A DNA stretch of 64,000 bases from the human T2T-CHM13v2.0 reference genome, Homo sapiens, in the NCBI RefSeq assembly GCF_009914755.1, contig NC_060926.1; one strand, given 5' to 3'. Of this stretch, positions 1 through 15,406 are shown in pieces (position 1 is the first letter of the stretch; every line of letters starts with the position of its first letter). Both the position numbers and the translations under genes were made by a program. The notes beneath the pieces are model-generated. The model worked only from the letters and a program-made list of their open reading frames with translations, was not told the origin of the DNA and made no database searches.

Positions 1-357
1 TTTAATATTATGTAGTCAAATTTTATGAAGTCTATTTTTTCTTTTGTTGCCTGAGTCTCTGGTGTTATGTCCAGGTAATCATTGCCAAATCCAATGTTGT
101 GAAGCTTTTCTTTTTTGTTTTCTTCTAAGAGTTTTTTAGTTTTAGGTCTTGCATTTAGCTCATAGATCCATTTTGAATTAATTTTTCCACATGGTGTTAG
201 GAAAGGGTCCAACTTCATTCTTTTGCATGTTGATATCCAGTTTTCTCAACCCCATTTGTAGAAAAGACTGTCTTTTCCCACATTGGATGTTCTTGGCAGC
301 CTGTTGACAATCATTTGACCATATATGCAAGGCTTTATTTCTGGCCTCTCTATCCTA

Positions 358-705
<348 letters not shown>

Positions 706-2011
706 CTACAAACTTGTGAATATTTTAGTTTTTATGTTATTGATTTCTGACTTTATCTCATTGTCAGAGAAGATACTTTGAATAATATCCGTCTTTTAAA
801 ATCTATTGAGAGTTAATTTGTGGCTTAACATACGGTCTGCCTGGAAAAGATCCCATGTGCACTTGAGAATAATGTGTATTCTGTTGTTTGGTAAAGTGTT
901 CTGTATATTTCTGTTAGATTTAGTTAGTTTGTTGTGCTGTTCAAATCTTCTATTTTTTTAATTACATTCTGTCTGGTTGTTCAATCCATTATTTAGAGTG
1001 GGGTATTGAAGTCTCCAACTATTATTGTAGAACTATCTATTTCTCCCTTCAATTCTGTCACTTTTGCTTCACATATTTTGGTGGTCTGTCATTAAGTACA
1101 CAAACGTTTATAATTGTCATTACTTTTTGCCACATTGAAACTTTTATTAACATATAATGTCTGTCTTTACCTTTGTTGACTTACAGTCTATTTTGTTTGA
1201 TATTAGTATAACCACCTCTGCCCTTTTTTGGTTACTATTTTCATGGAATGTCATTCCATCCTTTTTCTTTCAACCCATCTGTGTCTTTGGATCTGAAGTG
1301 TGTTTCTTGTAGATGGGATATACTTAGTTGAATTATGTTTTTTAAATCCATTCTACCAATCTTTGTCTTTTGATTGGAGAATTTACATTACATTTGCATT
1401 TAAGGTACATAAAAGTATCAGTTAGAAGTACTTTCTGTCATTTTGCTGTTTGTTTTCTATGCGTGTTATAGCTTTTTTGTCCCTTATTCACTATATTACT
1501 GTTTTGTGTTTAATTGATTTTTGGTAGTGAAATATTTAAATTCTTATCTTATAGGTGTGTATTCTTTAGCTATTTTCTTTGTGGTTATTATTGGGGATTA
1601 CACTGAATATCCTAAAGTTATAATACTCTATTTTGAATTTATACCAGCTTCATTTCAATAACATACAAAACTCGTTCTCCTTTCATAGATCTATCTCTAC
1701 CCCTTTCAGTTGTTGATGTCACACATCTTTATATATTGTGTGTCCAAAAACATAACTAATAATTTGCAATACATTAGTCTCTTAGATTATGCAGAAAACA
1801 AACTGTGGAGTTACAAACCAAAGTTACAATAACACTAGCTTTTAGACTAATAATTGTTTCTTTAAGTGCATTCATCCCTAATGTCACCTAGAACACCAAA
1901 AGCGAAGTTACATATCATTGTTAAAATAATACTAATTTCTATAACTGCCAATGTATTTGCCTTTACTGAGATCTTTATTTCTTTACACAGCTTCAAGTAC
2001 CATCTAGTATT

Positions 2012-2318
2012 CTTTCTTTCTTTCTTTCTTTTTTTTTTTGAGACAGTCTCACTCTGTTGCCCAGGCTAGCATGCAATGGCACTTTCTCCGCTCACTGCAA
2101 CCTCTGCCTCCTGTGTTCAAGCGATTCTTCTGCCTCGGCCTCCTGAATAGCTGGGATTACAGTGTGCCCCACCATGCCTGGCTAATTTTTGTATTTTTTA
2201 GTAGAGATGGGGTTTCTCCATGTTGGTCATGCTGGTCTTGAACTCCTGACCTCATGATCCGCCCACCTCAGCCTCCCAAATTGCTGGGATTACAGGCATG
2301 AGCCACCATGCCCGGCCA
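2012..2318 (-). mobile_element. Alu
   Basis: T tail, full antisense Alu, TSD-like tattctttc at both ends. Confidence 0.92.
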
Positions 2319-4914
2319 TATTCTTTCATTTCAACCTGCAGAACTCCTTTTATAATTTCTTGCAGGGAAGATCTAATTGCAATGAACTCTTTCAGTTTTT
2401 GTTTATCGGGAAATGTCTTTATTTTTCCTTCACTTTTGACAGACAGTTTTGTCAGATATGGGATTCTTAATTGACAGGCTTCTTTGTATGTGTTTGTTTT
2501 GTTTCGTTTTATTTTTGTTTTAGTATCTTTAATATATTGGCCCTTCTGTCCTCCAGAGTTTCTGATAAGAAATCTTGCTGCTTTCAAAATTGTCACTTTT
2601 ATCTTGTCTTTCAACAGTTTGATTATTATGTGCTTCAGTGAGTCTCTTTCAGTTTATCCTATTTGGAGTTCGTTAAGCATCTTGGATGTTTATACTCATG
2701 TCTTTCATCAAATTTAGAAAGTCATCAGCCATGATTTCTTGAAATAGTCTCTCTTTTTTTCTCTCTCTCTCTTCTTCTTGGACCCACACAATGAATATGC
2801 TGGTGAATGAGTACTTGATGGCATCCTACAGGTCCTTTAGGCTCTGTTTGCTTTTCTTCAATCTTTTTTCTTTCTGTTCCTCAGATTTGTTTTTTATTGT
2901 TCTATCTCCAAATGTACTGATTCTTTCTTCTGCCTGGTCAATCTGCCTTTGAATCCCTCTAGTGAATTTTTTATTTCAGTTATTGTACTTTTCAGGTCCA
3001 GAATTCCTTTTTGGGTTTTCCATTTCTTTATTGATATTTCAATTTTGTTCATACATTGTTTTCTTGACTTTCTCCATGTCTTCTTTTAGTTCTTTGAGCT
3101 AATTGTTTTAAAGTCTTCTTCAAGTAGATCCACTATCAGTTATTTTTTCAGAGACAATATCTATTTTTTTTTTCCTTCAAAAGGGCCATACTTTCCTGTG
3201 TCTTTGTATACTTTGTAACATTTTTGTTGAAAACTGGACACTTGGATTTTATAATGTAGTGACTCTGGAAATCAGATTCTCCCTTCTCCCCAGGGTTTGC
3301 AGGATTTTGGTTTAGTTATTTTATTTTATTTTATTTATTTATTTTTATTATTGTAGGCTGTCTTTGTGCCAAAGATCAGCCGAAGGTGTCAACGTAAAGC
3401 CTTCTCAGCTGTTTCCCAAGCCTGTGCTTTCCTCTGGCATGGTGACTTTCTAATTTCTTCTATATGTGTGGTTACTCTGGAATGTCTCAGTCTTCAGCGT
3501 CTGACTCTCAAAAGGAGAAGAAGAGAAAAATAAAGTGAGGGAAGCACTGACCTTTAAATCTGTAAATCATTTTACCTGGAGCGGGAGGGGCCTGCAATAC
3601 TGGGGTGGTGCATCAATAGCCACTCCTCCTTTGTCTGCATCTCTGTAATCAAATGCAACAATCAGTGATCAGAGCACAGATCCTAAGAGTTAGAGAACAG
3701 TGTCCTTTTGGCCACTTTGGATCCCACTAGCTGTGTGCAAGCTGCTGCAGGCACATGTGCAAGGACTCTCTGACATAGGGCTGGGTGTGGGTGATGAGTA
3801 GCTAACAGCTACTGTGCTCACAGCTGAAATTGACCAAAATTCACCATGATTTATGTTCTAAGCCATCGATCCAGAGTTCCAAAATAGTTACAGCAGACAT
3901 ATTCTGTCAGTGTAATTGTTGTCTAGGTGGGGAGACAGATTTCTGGTGCTTCACAATCAATCATCTTACCAGAATTCTCCCAGGGGTAGCTTTTGAGGCC
4001 AGTTTTGGAGGTTTATTCTGACCCCAAGAGGGCTCTTCTTTACCTCTCTCTTCCTGAACTAGCTAATCTATGGTTTTGCTTATTGCTGTTAATTAAAATA
4101 AGTTATTGTTTTCTAGAGCACTCGTAGGCTAACACTATGCCACACTATGTTTTAAATAAAGTCAGTTCCTTCGGCCAGACCTTTGAAGTTCTCTTTTTTT
4201 TATGGACTGCCCCTGGGCAAAATCTCTGAACTACTTCTGTAAGCTCTGGGTAGCTGGTGTGGTAGCCTCTAGTCTTGGCTTGCCTCTGTCCTACAGGTGA
4301 GCAAATGGGTGAGAGTGATCTACAGTCTGGTATTCTTGGTTTTCTACACCTGGCACAGGTCCTCCATCCTATGGATTAAGTCTGGATGGAAGAATAGAAG
4401 AGAGCTCATCAGGAATTTAGCTTCTTCAACTTGCAGTTGGAAGGGTTGAGAAATGCTGGTGGCCTGCCTTTTCCAGTGAGATATGATAACCATTGACTAG
4501 GCAGTGAGAGAAGAGGGAGCCCTGTCTTCTTGACCACATCTATTTGCAGTGGAGTTCTCATGGAGCTGAAATGGGGTAGAGAGAGGAAGGGCGACAGGAG
4601 ACAGGCAAGGCTCAAATGCTACAGATTCTTATCGTTCTTATTGAGTTTTAACACATTTCTTTCAATAAATATTTCTTTATTTGTTCTATGCCCTTAGGAC
4701 AATTTCCGGAGGCTTTAAATGGTTATTTTTCTGAAAATAGTTTTCACCAGCTTTGCTTGTTTTGCTGGAGAATGGGTCTGCAGAGCTCTGCATGCTACCA
4801 AACTGGAAGTGGCATTTCTGTCCAATCCTCCATTTTATCCTCCACTGATGAGGTGGTTTTCTTTGGGGCATTTGGATTGATATTGTTACTTTGTTTAGAA
4901 ACTTTCAGAATTCC

Positions 4915-5370
4915 TGTGCCAGGAACCACTAGTTGAGATTTAATATCTATTTTCCCCTTCCTTCTTAAGCACAGAATCTCAATGTTATTTGGGACAGCAA
5001 GGTACCCAGCTAGAAGACTACAGCAGTGAGGTGTGCTTGTGTGAGTGAGTTCTGGCCAATGAGTTGTAAGGGGAAGTGTTGCCTGCATTTTGGAGGGGGC
5101 TGCGGAAAGGGAGCTGATTAGGTAGGATTGTGGCCCTTTGCCTTTCTTGTTGCCTAGCATGTGACCTTGAAGGCTGGTGTGCTAACAGTCATCTTGGACA
5201 ACGAGGCAACCTTGAAAATGGAGGTTGCGCACTCAGGATGGCAGAGCAAAAATATAGAAAATCTTTTTGCATTGATTACTAGGTTCTTTGGGGGATGCCT
5301 GGAGATGCCATATCAGTCCTGGATCATGTTCTTATAAAGAGTATAAATCCTTCTATGTTTAAGCCACTAT
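4915..5370. mobile_element. Old MLT1-type MaLR LTR remnant
   Basis: Motifs gagttctggccaatgag and tgtttaagccact typical of MLT1. Confidence 0.5.
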
Positions 5371-6536
5371 TTTTTCTGAAATGTCACCTCTCCTATGAAG
5401 TAATGCCTTATCTCTTGACAGTTAGAAATGGTTCCTTTGGCTTTTGAATTGTCATAAGTTACCTCTAATTCCCCATGGTACTGCTATATAACATTCTCGC
5501 TTATATCGATGCTATTTGGATTTATGCTGTTAGGGAACCAGACGGCTAGCCTAATAAAATCTAGTGCAGATCCTCCAAGGCTGGCTCTGGGAGAGGAATC
5601 ACCGAGTAGGGAGTGCTGGCTGGACCTCAAAGCCCTGACTCCTACTCTCAGTAAATGCTCCTACCACCTACAGGCTGGCCTCAGGGACCCTGCTTTACTT
5701 TTGAGGGTTCAGCCCAAGTACTATGACATATAACTCTTTACTTAATTCTATTTGACACAACTGAGAATAAGCTAGGAGATTATTGAAAGCTCAGGGTACA
5801 AGAGGGGGAAATAAACAAAGACAGTAAAATAACACTAGGTAATCAATCTTACTAGTCCTCTTTGGCTTGGGGTCCCTGCTGCACCCTTTACTGCTTCCAC
5901 ATAGCAGATCCCTTCTGTGCCTTGTCATCTCTAGATTCAGTGGCAAAACTGTTCAGATGAAGCCACCACATTATCTGAAAGCCTTCGGAATATGAAAATA
6001 GTGGGCATCTGCATCTGGCATGCCCAAGCTGAAACCTGGATCCTAGTACTTTTGAAAACTTGGTAATTAAGAAGATAAAAACAAGCAAACAACTCCTCTC
6101 ATCTAAAATCTCCCTTCTTGAGGTAATTTATTTGGTCCTGGGATTCCATTCAGGGGGAAATTTTAGTTATGCAAATGTAGAGCAAAGATCCTCTTCTAAA
6201 TGAAGGTGTTTGAGACTAGTTCCAAGGAGATAAACTTTCCTAGACTTTAAGATAATAATGTTGTCTTTGCAGAATGCTGAGTTGTGTCTTTGCAGACTTT
6301 TATTGCTTTTGGAGAAAATACTCTGAACTAAGGAGGGGGTCAGTAATGATGGAAAAGCTAGCACAGTGCCTGGGCCTTGGACTTATACAGAACCCCTATA
6401 TTAATCAAAGGAATGGGAATTAGAAGATAATAGAACTGTTTTCATGGAAGAATTTGTGACACTCAGGGTTTAAGACAAATTTTTAGGGCAGATGACAAAG
6501 AGAGAGTTAATAATAGCAATATATAATAATAATAGC

Positions 6537-6974
6537 GTGATGGTTAATACTGAGTGTCAACTTGATTGAATTGAAGGATGCAAAGTATTGATCCTGGTGT
6601 GTCTATAAGGGTGTTGCCAAAGGAGATTAACATTTGATTCAGTGGGCTGGGAAAGGCAGACCACCCTTAATCTGGGTGGGCACCACCTAATCAGCTGCCA
6701 GTGTAGTTAGAACATAAAGCAGACAGAAAAATGTGAAAAGGCTAGACTGGCTTAGCCTCCCAGCCTACTACGTCTTTCTCCCATGCTGGATGCTTCCTGC
6801 CCTTGAAAGTCAGACTCCAAGTTCTTCAGCTTTGGGACTCGGACTGGCTTCCTTGCTCCTCAGCTTGCAGATGGCCTATTGTGGGACTTTGTGATCATGC
6901 GAGTTAATACTGCTTAATAAACTCCTATATATATCCTATTAGTTCTGTCCCTCTAGAGAACCCCTACTAATACA
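6537..6974 (+). mobile_element. MLT2 (ERVL) solo LTR
   Basis: TGATGGTTAATACTGAGTGTCAACTTGATTG start, AATAAA, CTGTCCCTCTAGAGAACCC...TAATACA end. Confidence 0.88.
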
Positions 6975-7215
6975 AATAGCAAACACTTCTATAGTGCTTA
7001 TTTCTTGCCAAGCATACTCTAAAACTTTAGGTATGTTAGCTCATTAATCCTCATAGTAACTTTGAGGTAGTACAAAGATTATTATCTCTATTTTACAGAT
7101 GAGCAAATTGAGGCACAGAGAGGTTAGATAGATTGCCCAAAGTTACTCAGCTGTGCAGAAGTGGATCTGGGATTCAAACCCATGCAGCCTAGCTCCAGAG
7201 ACTGGGCCTTTACTC
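6975..7215 (-). mobile_element. MIR
   Basis: Core ttttacagatgagcaaattgaggcacagagaggtta. Confidence 0.8.
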
Positions 7216-7275
7216 TTCTGACTGTTCACTTAAGAAAAGTATCCCTTTCTCTCCACCTCTTTGTGAAACCCTGAA

Positions 7276-7633
7276 TGTCTTAGTTTGTTTGGGCTGTTAT
7301 AACAAAATACCATAAACTGGGTAGCTCATAAATAACAGAAATTTATTTCTCACCATTCTAGAGGCCAGAACATCCAAGATCAAGGCACCAGCAGATTTGG
7401 TGTCTGGTGAGGGCTTGCTTCCTCAAACACAGCGCCTTCTGTCTGTGTTCTCATATGATACAAGGGGCAAACAAACTCTCTTATGCTTATTTTATAAGCA
7501 CACTAATCCCATTCATAAGTACTCCACTTCCATGACCTAATCACCTCCTAAAGGCCCCAGCCCTAACAGTATCACCTGGGGATTAGGTTTCAAATATGAA
7601 TTTTAGGGGGATGCAGACATTCGCATTATAGCA
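7276..7633 (-). mobile_element. MaLR LTR (MST/MLT1A-like)
   Basis: tgtcttagtttgtttgggctgttataacaaaataccataaactggg ... cattatagca. Confidence 0.82.
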
Positions 7634-8589
7634 CCGAGGACTGACAGCTCTTGTCAATGGCATTCCAACTCCCTTATGAATATTCCTGATGAACAGAACG
7701 GCAGATGGTTTTCATCTATTTATTTTTCACCTGGTCACCTTATTGAACTCTCATATTAATTCTATTTGTCTTTCAGCTAACTCTCTGTGATTTGCAGTGG
7801 TGATGGAGGTAATCATCTTTCCCGCAATTATGCATAATCTGGCTTCCATTTTTTTCATAGCTGTGCCTCCCATTTCTGTTTGCTACCTTAGCACACCAGC
7901 TATAATTTATGGAATAATAAAAATGGAATTGGGTTTTCCAATGGTTCTCAACAGGATAAATATGACATCAGAGAATATAGGGGCAGAGTAAGTGGTGGAG
8001 AAGAAATTACAGTCATTTAGGTGTGATGTCATGATGGCTTAGTCTGGTATGATTGCTCAGGACATAAAAAGGGGGGATATACGGGAAAGATGCTTTAGAT
8101 AAAGAAATTACTAGACTTGTGATGTGGGTGAGCAATAAAATAAATACATCTTCCCCAAAACCCACTGCTATACTGATGGTGACAATTTGTAACAGATGTT
8201 AGTATCCGTTGAAAACATATGGCTGGTCATCAACAGGAGGTAAGAGGAAGTAAATGAATCACAAGTCTCAGTTTTTGAGAGTATTAGTATATATATATAA
8301 AATCAAATCTCCATGGTGTGTGTGTGTGTGTGTGTGTGTATATACATATACATATATATATTTATTTATTTATAATCTCCATGGTTCATTCTTCACTTCC
8401 TGAGCTATTCAGTCCCATTCCTCTCTGCCTGCTCCAGACTCAAATCTTCTGTTTTTTTCCACAAAACCCACTCAGGGCCTTTGTGCATTCTGTTACCTGT
8501 TCTTCTACCAATCTTGGTTTAATGGCCCTAGTTCAGGGAGTCCTAGATTTCTTCAGCTCTTGGACCAGTACCAGTGGTGTCTTTTAGCA

Positions 8590-8815
8590 TTCTGCACCCT
8601 TCTTTCCAAAGTACTCACCACAGTTGCGATATCTGCCACAGGTCCACTCCTCCGGATATTTGTGTCATTGTGTAATGTCTGTTTCCCTCACTGGACCATC
8701 AGCTCCAGAAGGGCATGGAGCAAGGCTGTATTAGTTTCTGCCATATCCCTTGTGCCTAGTACAGAGCCTGGCATACAGTACATAATCCATAAATGCTTGT
8801 TGAATGTACTCATTC
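8590..8815. mobile_element. L2 3' end
   Basis: gtgcctagtacagagcctggcatacagta...ataaatgcttgttgaatg. Confidence 0.7.
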
Positions 8816-9329
8816 AAAAACCTATCTTAAATAATTAGCACTTACACAGTGATTTTCTAGCTTATATACAGTAACATTTCATGTCTGCTGTGCCTCACCT
8901 GGTCCTGTGCATCAACTCTGTGAAAAATACAGATATGGGACATTTAGCTGATGTCTTATGGGTGTATGGTATTTTCACCTGTGTCATCTCACTTAGTGCT
9001 CACTGAGACCCTTGCAGTTTATAGCCCAGCAGCCCTAAGCTCTGAATATGACATGCTCCTTACACATGTGGGTCCTTGTCTCTGCCGAGCATGTCCCACC
9101 ATTGCAGATGTCATTGTGCCCCACCCAGACAGCCTTTCCCAGCCTGTGCACCTCTCCCCTAGCTGCTGGGAGCATTGACTGTTAACAGCTCCTAGCCGCT
9201 CCCTTCTCTAGAGAATTGTCCTCCACCAAAGAGCATAGAATGAAGTATCCCACCTGGGAGGGGGCAGCACATAGTCCATGACTGACTGACACAGGGGTAC
9301 AGAAAGCCATCACTTGGCCTTGAGGAGAT

Positions 9330-9722
9330 TGCTATGGTTTGAATGTGTCCCCTCCAAAATTCATGTGTCGAAACTTAATCCCCATTGTAGTGGTATTAAG
9401 AGGTGGGGCCTTTGGGATGTGATGAAGTCATAAGGGTTGTGCCTTCATAAATGGATTAGTGCCTGTGAAAGAGCTCAAGGTTGAAGGGATCACCCTCTCG
9501 CACTACTGCCATATGAGGACACAGCATTCACCCCCCTTTCTTTGCCTTTCCATCCCTTCTGCCATGTGGGGACACAGCAAGAAGGCCCTTACCAGACACA
9601 AAACCTGCCAGTGCCTTGATCTTGGACTTCCTAGCCTCCACAACTATAAGAAATGAATTTCTGTTCCTTATGAATTACCCAGTCTGTGATATTGTGTTTT
9701 AGCAGCACAGATGGACTAAGAT
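9330..9722 (+). mobile_element. MaLR LTR (MST-like)
   Basis: tgctatggtttgaatgtgtcccctccaaaattcatgtg ... agcagcacagatggactaaga. Confidence 0.85.
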
Positions 9723-10850
9723 AGTGGGGAGCTTCCTCCTGGGCCTCCTGGAGAGCCCACACCCTCCCTGCCCTCTCCCACACTCCTGCTTCCCTGACTC
9801 TCCAATAGATGTCTCTGCAGGAATCCCCTTCTCAGGCTCTGCTGCTAGGAAGATCAACCTAAGATACATTGCCTTGTCCATCGTATGCACCTCTTGCCTG
9901 CCTGTAAAGCTTTCTCTGGCGATGTAAGACTGGCAAGTGCAGACAACATAGGAAGCACCCGGGGCCAAGTGGGTTCCTGCAGTCTGGCAGGTATGGAGGG
10001 AGTGCCATAGAGTGGGCATATATGAAAGCCACTCTGCCAGGGCCCAGAGCTGAGGAAACCAGCGCATGGCCTTCCCTGGGGCACTCAGGCATACACCACC
10101 ACTCCTTGGTGAGCTGGCTCTCCTGATGCCAATACTCACTCCTTAGCCTTCCTTCCTTACTTCTAATGCCAGAAGAAAAAGTAGGGGGAGGCTTTGGGCT
10201 TTGGGTTCTATAGGGGCTTACAACAACAGGGCTTCATTTTCTCAAGTCCCACGGCCACTGGACCCTTGAAGTTTGGGCTTCTAGAGTGGCCCAGGGAGAA
10301 GGTGGAACTTTCTCCCACCTGCCCAAGGCTCACCTCCCTTTTCCAGGGCACTGACAGTAGACGTGTGTGCCCCCTTCAACCCCACCACTCCCAGGGGACA
10401 CCCTGCAAGTTTCCTGCAAGGTCATGGCCTTACCCTGTGACTGCCACAGGTCCACTCCTCCAGATATATGTAGGAAAGCCCAGAATTCATCTCAGAGATG
10501 AACACATACAATTTTTCCCGTCTTTGTTCCTGCACTAGATGGTAAACTCCAGGAAGGCAGGAATCATGTCTTGCTTACCTTAGTAGCTCCCATGGTAGCA
10601 AGAATATAATTTATTTTTCTGAATTGGAAGAGTCCTTAGAGAAATGTGGTATAATTTCCTAGGGCAAAGTCTTGTGCTCAATCTCATTAAATGAGTGAAG
10701 GCACATTTTCTTTTGAATAGGATCTTGCAATAACTTGAGTCAAAGCATATTAAAGTGGCTTTTTAGAGTCAATTTATATTTTTATGTATATTTTAGGGCA
10801 GGGAAGCCTATAGGTATCCTCAAACTCTATTAAATGAGAAGACACCTTTT

Positions 10851-12930
10851 GATGCTCTCTCTTGCCACTCTTACTCAGTATAGTATTGGGACAGGCAACA
10901 GAAAGAAATAAAGCACATCCAAATAGGAAGAGAGGAAGGCAAATCATCCCTGTTTGCAGTCGACATGATCCTATATATAGAAAACTCCACAGTCTTGGCC
11001 CAAAAGCTCCTTAAGCTGATTAACAACTTCAGCAAAGTCTCAGAATTAAAAAAAAATCAGTGCACAAAAATCACTACCATTCCTATACACCAACAATAGT
11101 CAAGCCAAAACAATTCCATTCATAACTGCCACAAAAAGAATAAAATACTAGGAATACAGCTAATCAGGGAGGTGAAAGATTTCTACAATGAGAACTACAA
11201 AACACTGCTCAAAGAAATCAGACAGGACACAAACAAAAGGAAAAACATTCCATGTTCAAGGAGAGGAAGAATCAATATTGTTAAAATGCCCATACTCCCC
11301 AAAGCAATTTATAGATTTAATGCTATTATTTTAAAAATAACATTGAGATTCCTTATAGTGCTAGAAAAAACTGTTTAAAAAATTCATATGCAACCAAAAA
11401 AGAGCTTGAATAGCCAAGGAAGTCCTAAGCAAAAGAGCAAAGCTAAAGACATCAGGTTACCTGACTTCAAACTATGCTACGGGGCTACAGTAACCAAAAC
11501 AGCAGGGTACTTGTATGAAAACTGACACACAGACTAATAGAACAGAATAAAGAGCCCAGAACTAAAGCCACACACCTACAACTATCTGATATTTGGCAAA
11601 TCTGACAAAAACAAGCAATGGGGAAAGCACTGTCTATTCAATAACTGGAGCTGGGATAGCTGGCTAGCCATATGTGGAAGATTGAAATTGGACCCCTTCC
11701 TTACACCATATACAAAAATTAACTCAAGATGGATTAAAGACTTAAATGTAAAACCCAAACATATAAAAACCCTAGGAGACAACCTAGGCAATACCATTCT
11801 GGACACAGGAATAGGCAAAGATTTCATAATGAAGACACCAAAAGCAATTGCAAGAAAAGGAAAAATTGGGATCTAATTTTCTCCAAAATTTTGTCTAAAA
11901 ATTAGACAAATGGGATTTAATTAAACTAGAGAGCTTCTGCACAGCAAAAGAAACTATCAATAGAGTAGACAGAAAACCTACAGAATGGGAGAAAATTTTT
12001 GCAAACTATGCGTCTGATAAAGGTCTAATATCCAGCATCTATAGGGAACTTAAATTTACAAGGAAAAAACAACTCTGTTGAAAAGTGGGCAAAGAACATG
12101 AACCAACACTTCTCAAAAGAAGATACATGCAGCCAACAAGCATATGAAAAAGCTGAACATCACCAATCATTAGAGAAATGCAAGTCAAGACCATAATGTG
12201 ATACCATCTCATGCCAGTAAGAATGGCTATTATTAAACAGTAAAAACAAAAAACAAAAAACAGGTGCTGGCGAGGTTGTGGAGAAAAAAGAAATGCTTAT
12301 ACACTATTGGTGGGAATGTAAATTAGTTCAACCATTGTGGAAAACAGTGTGGTGATTCCTCAAAGACCTAAAAACAGAAACACCATTTGACCCAGCAATC
12401 CCATTACTGGGTATATACCCAAAGGAATATCAATCATTCTATCATAAAGACACACCCACACGTATGTTCATCAGAGCACTATTCACAATAGTAAAGACCT
12501 AAGTCAACCTAAATGCTCATCAGTGGTAGACTGAATAGAGAGAATGTGGCACATACACACCATAGAATACTATCAGCCATACAGAAGAATGAGATCATGT
12601 CCCTTGCAGGAACATGGATGGAGCTAAAGGCCATTATCCTTAGCAAAGTAATGCAGGGAACAGAAAACCAAATACTGCATATTCTCACTTATAAATTGGT
12701 AGCTAAATGATGAGAACACATAAACAGATAGAGGGGAAAAATACACATTGGGGCGTTTCAGAGGGTGGAGAATGGGAGGAAGGAGAAGATCGGGAAAATA
12801 ACTTATGGGTTCTAGGCTTAACACCTGGGCGATGAAATAATCTGTACAACAAACCCCCATGGCACAAGTTTACTTACGTAACCAACCTGCACATGTACCC
12901 CTGAACTTAAAAGTTAAATTTTAAAAAAGA
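10851..12930 (+). mobile_element. 5'-truncated primate L1 (L1PA-type; ORF2 3' part and 3'UTR)
   Basis: Peptides [21 protein letters not shown]...[21 protein letters not shown] and [24 protein letters not shown]; 3' end cctgcacatgtacccctgaacttaaaa. Confidence 0.95.
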
Positions 12931-13171
12931 CATATTTTAAAAAAATCTATTACTAAGGCTTGCATGAAATTTTGAGATAGGAAGAGAATAGGCTACAAAG
13001 AGAGTACTGCAGGCAGAACCAGAACCTTTCACACAACCACCTCCCCATTACCCCTTCTGTTTTCCTTCCTTCCTTTTTTGCTCCCTCCCTCCCTCCCTCC
13101 CTCCCTTCCTTCCTTCCTTCTGTACATAGTTGCATGGATGTCTCCCATAAATGGTGTCCATGAGTCCACAC

Positions 13172-13520
13172 CTGTTTTAGTCTGCTCAAATTGCCATAAC
13201 AAAATATCTTCGACTGGGTGGCTTAAACCAAAGGAAGTTATTTTCTTACAGTTCGGGAGGCTGGAAGTCCAAGGTCAAGGTGCCAGCATGGTTAGTTTCT
13301 GGGGAGAGCCCTCTTCCTGGCTTGGAGAAGGTACCAGCTCACTGTGTCCTCACATGGCATGGAGAGAGAGAGGGAGCTTTCTCTCTTCTTATAAAGCCAC
13401 AGCCCTATTAGATTAGGGCCCTTCCCTTAACTCATTGAACCTCAATTACCTCCCGTGGCTTGAAGATTAGGACTTCAACATATTATTTTAGAGGGGGAAC
13501 ATAATTTAGTCCATAACAAC
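13172..13520 (-). mobile_element. MLT1A-like MaLR LTR
   Basis: ttttcttacagttcgggaggctggaagtccaaggtcaaggtgccagca. Confidence 0.78.
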
Positions 13521-14039
13521 ATCCTTTGCCCTAAAACTTTGTGGCTTGATTTGGCCAGTGTCAGCAAATGCAAAGCAGAGGTGTAAATGGTACAAGCACA
13601 TTCCCACTTGACCTCCTGCACACTTGGGCTTGCTCACTCCTGCACCTCTACCTTGCCATGAGAACACATCTCAGCCAGCCTCATTGAGTGATGCGAGAGA
13701 CATGTGGAGAAGAGCCAAGATCATCTTAGAACAAGCTGACGGGCCAGCTGATCCCCTAAAATGTGAGTGAGCCCAGCCAAGGTCACCTGAGCTGGGGCTT
13801 CTTCAGCAGAACTGCCCAGCTGACCCATGGATTGGTGAGAATAAAAAATGGTTGTTTCAGGACACTGAATTTTGGAGTGGTTCGTTACACAGCAATAGCT
13901 AACGAATATCCTTTCTCTGTTCCTTCTTTTTCTTTTTCAAAATATGTTTATGTGTATGTGTACCTTTTTCCTACATTTCTTCTGTTAGAGTTTAAGGACT
14001 GAATCATATCTCCAAATCTCCTTTAATTCCTGATCACCT

Positions 14040-14296
14040 GAACTAGAATGCTACCCTTAGTCCTCTCTAGCCTTTCACCTTTCTTTACTTTTCTTCATGG
14101 CATTTTTTGCCGCTTGACATACTATGTCATATGCTTACTTGTCCATTGTTTACCTCCTCCAGTAGAATGAAAGCCACATGAGGGCCTGGACCATGTCTGT
14201 CTTGTCAGTGTTGCATTCCCTGCATCTAGAACGTGTCTGGCACTTAGTAGGCACTTTATAGGTATCTGTGGAATGAATGAGTAAATGAGTGAATAC
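14040..14296. mobile_element. L2 3' end
   Basis: ctagaacgtgtctggcacttagtaggcact...gaatgaatgagtaaatgagtgaat. Confidence 0.72.
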
Positions 14297-14790
14297 ATTT
14301 TTGGAAACACTAAAACAATGATATTTATCTGAGATGTGCTTGTATATGTTTATGTATATGTAAACTGAGTCCTTATGGCATGGATTAAATAGAGTAAAAT
14401 AGAACCTAGGATTTAAGTTTTGGGGCTGGTGCTAGCATTTTGCTGAGGTACCGAGACGCATGCCAGTAAAAATTGACAAGGAAACAGCACAAACAGTTGG
14501 CTTTCACTAACCAGAATGAAGAGGATGAATGTTGCCAATGTGTGTATTGTAGGAGTAATAAGTCCTTCAAACGGGGCTGGGGAATTGTTTGCCAAGTGGG
14601 TTCAAGCTGTGGCCTTACCCACAACTATGTGCTTGTGTTAGCAGAATCTGGAAGCTTCACTATTTATGAAAGGATTGGGCTTTTTAAGTATTATTTATAA
14701 CAATTCATCTCTTTTCTGAGTTAGAGTGTCTTATCCAATTAATTCATTGGTAATTCAATTACTCCCTCTCCTCTTAAAAGGGAGTGGGTC

Positions 14791-15406
<616 letters not shown>

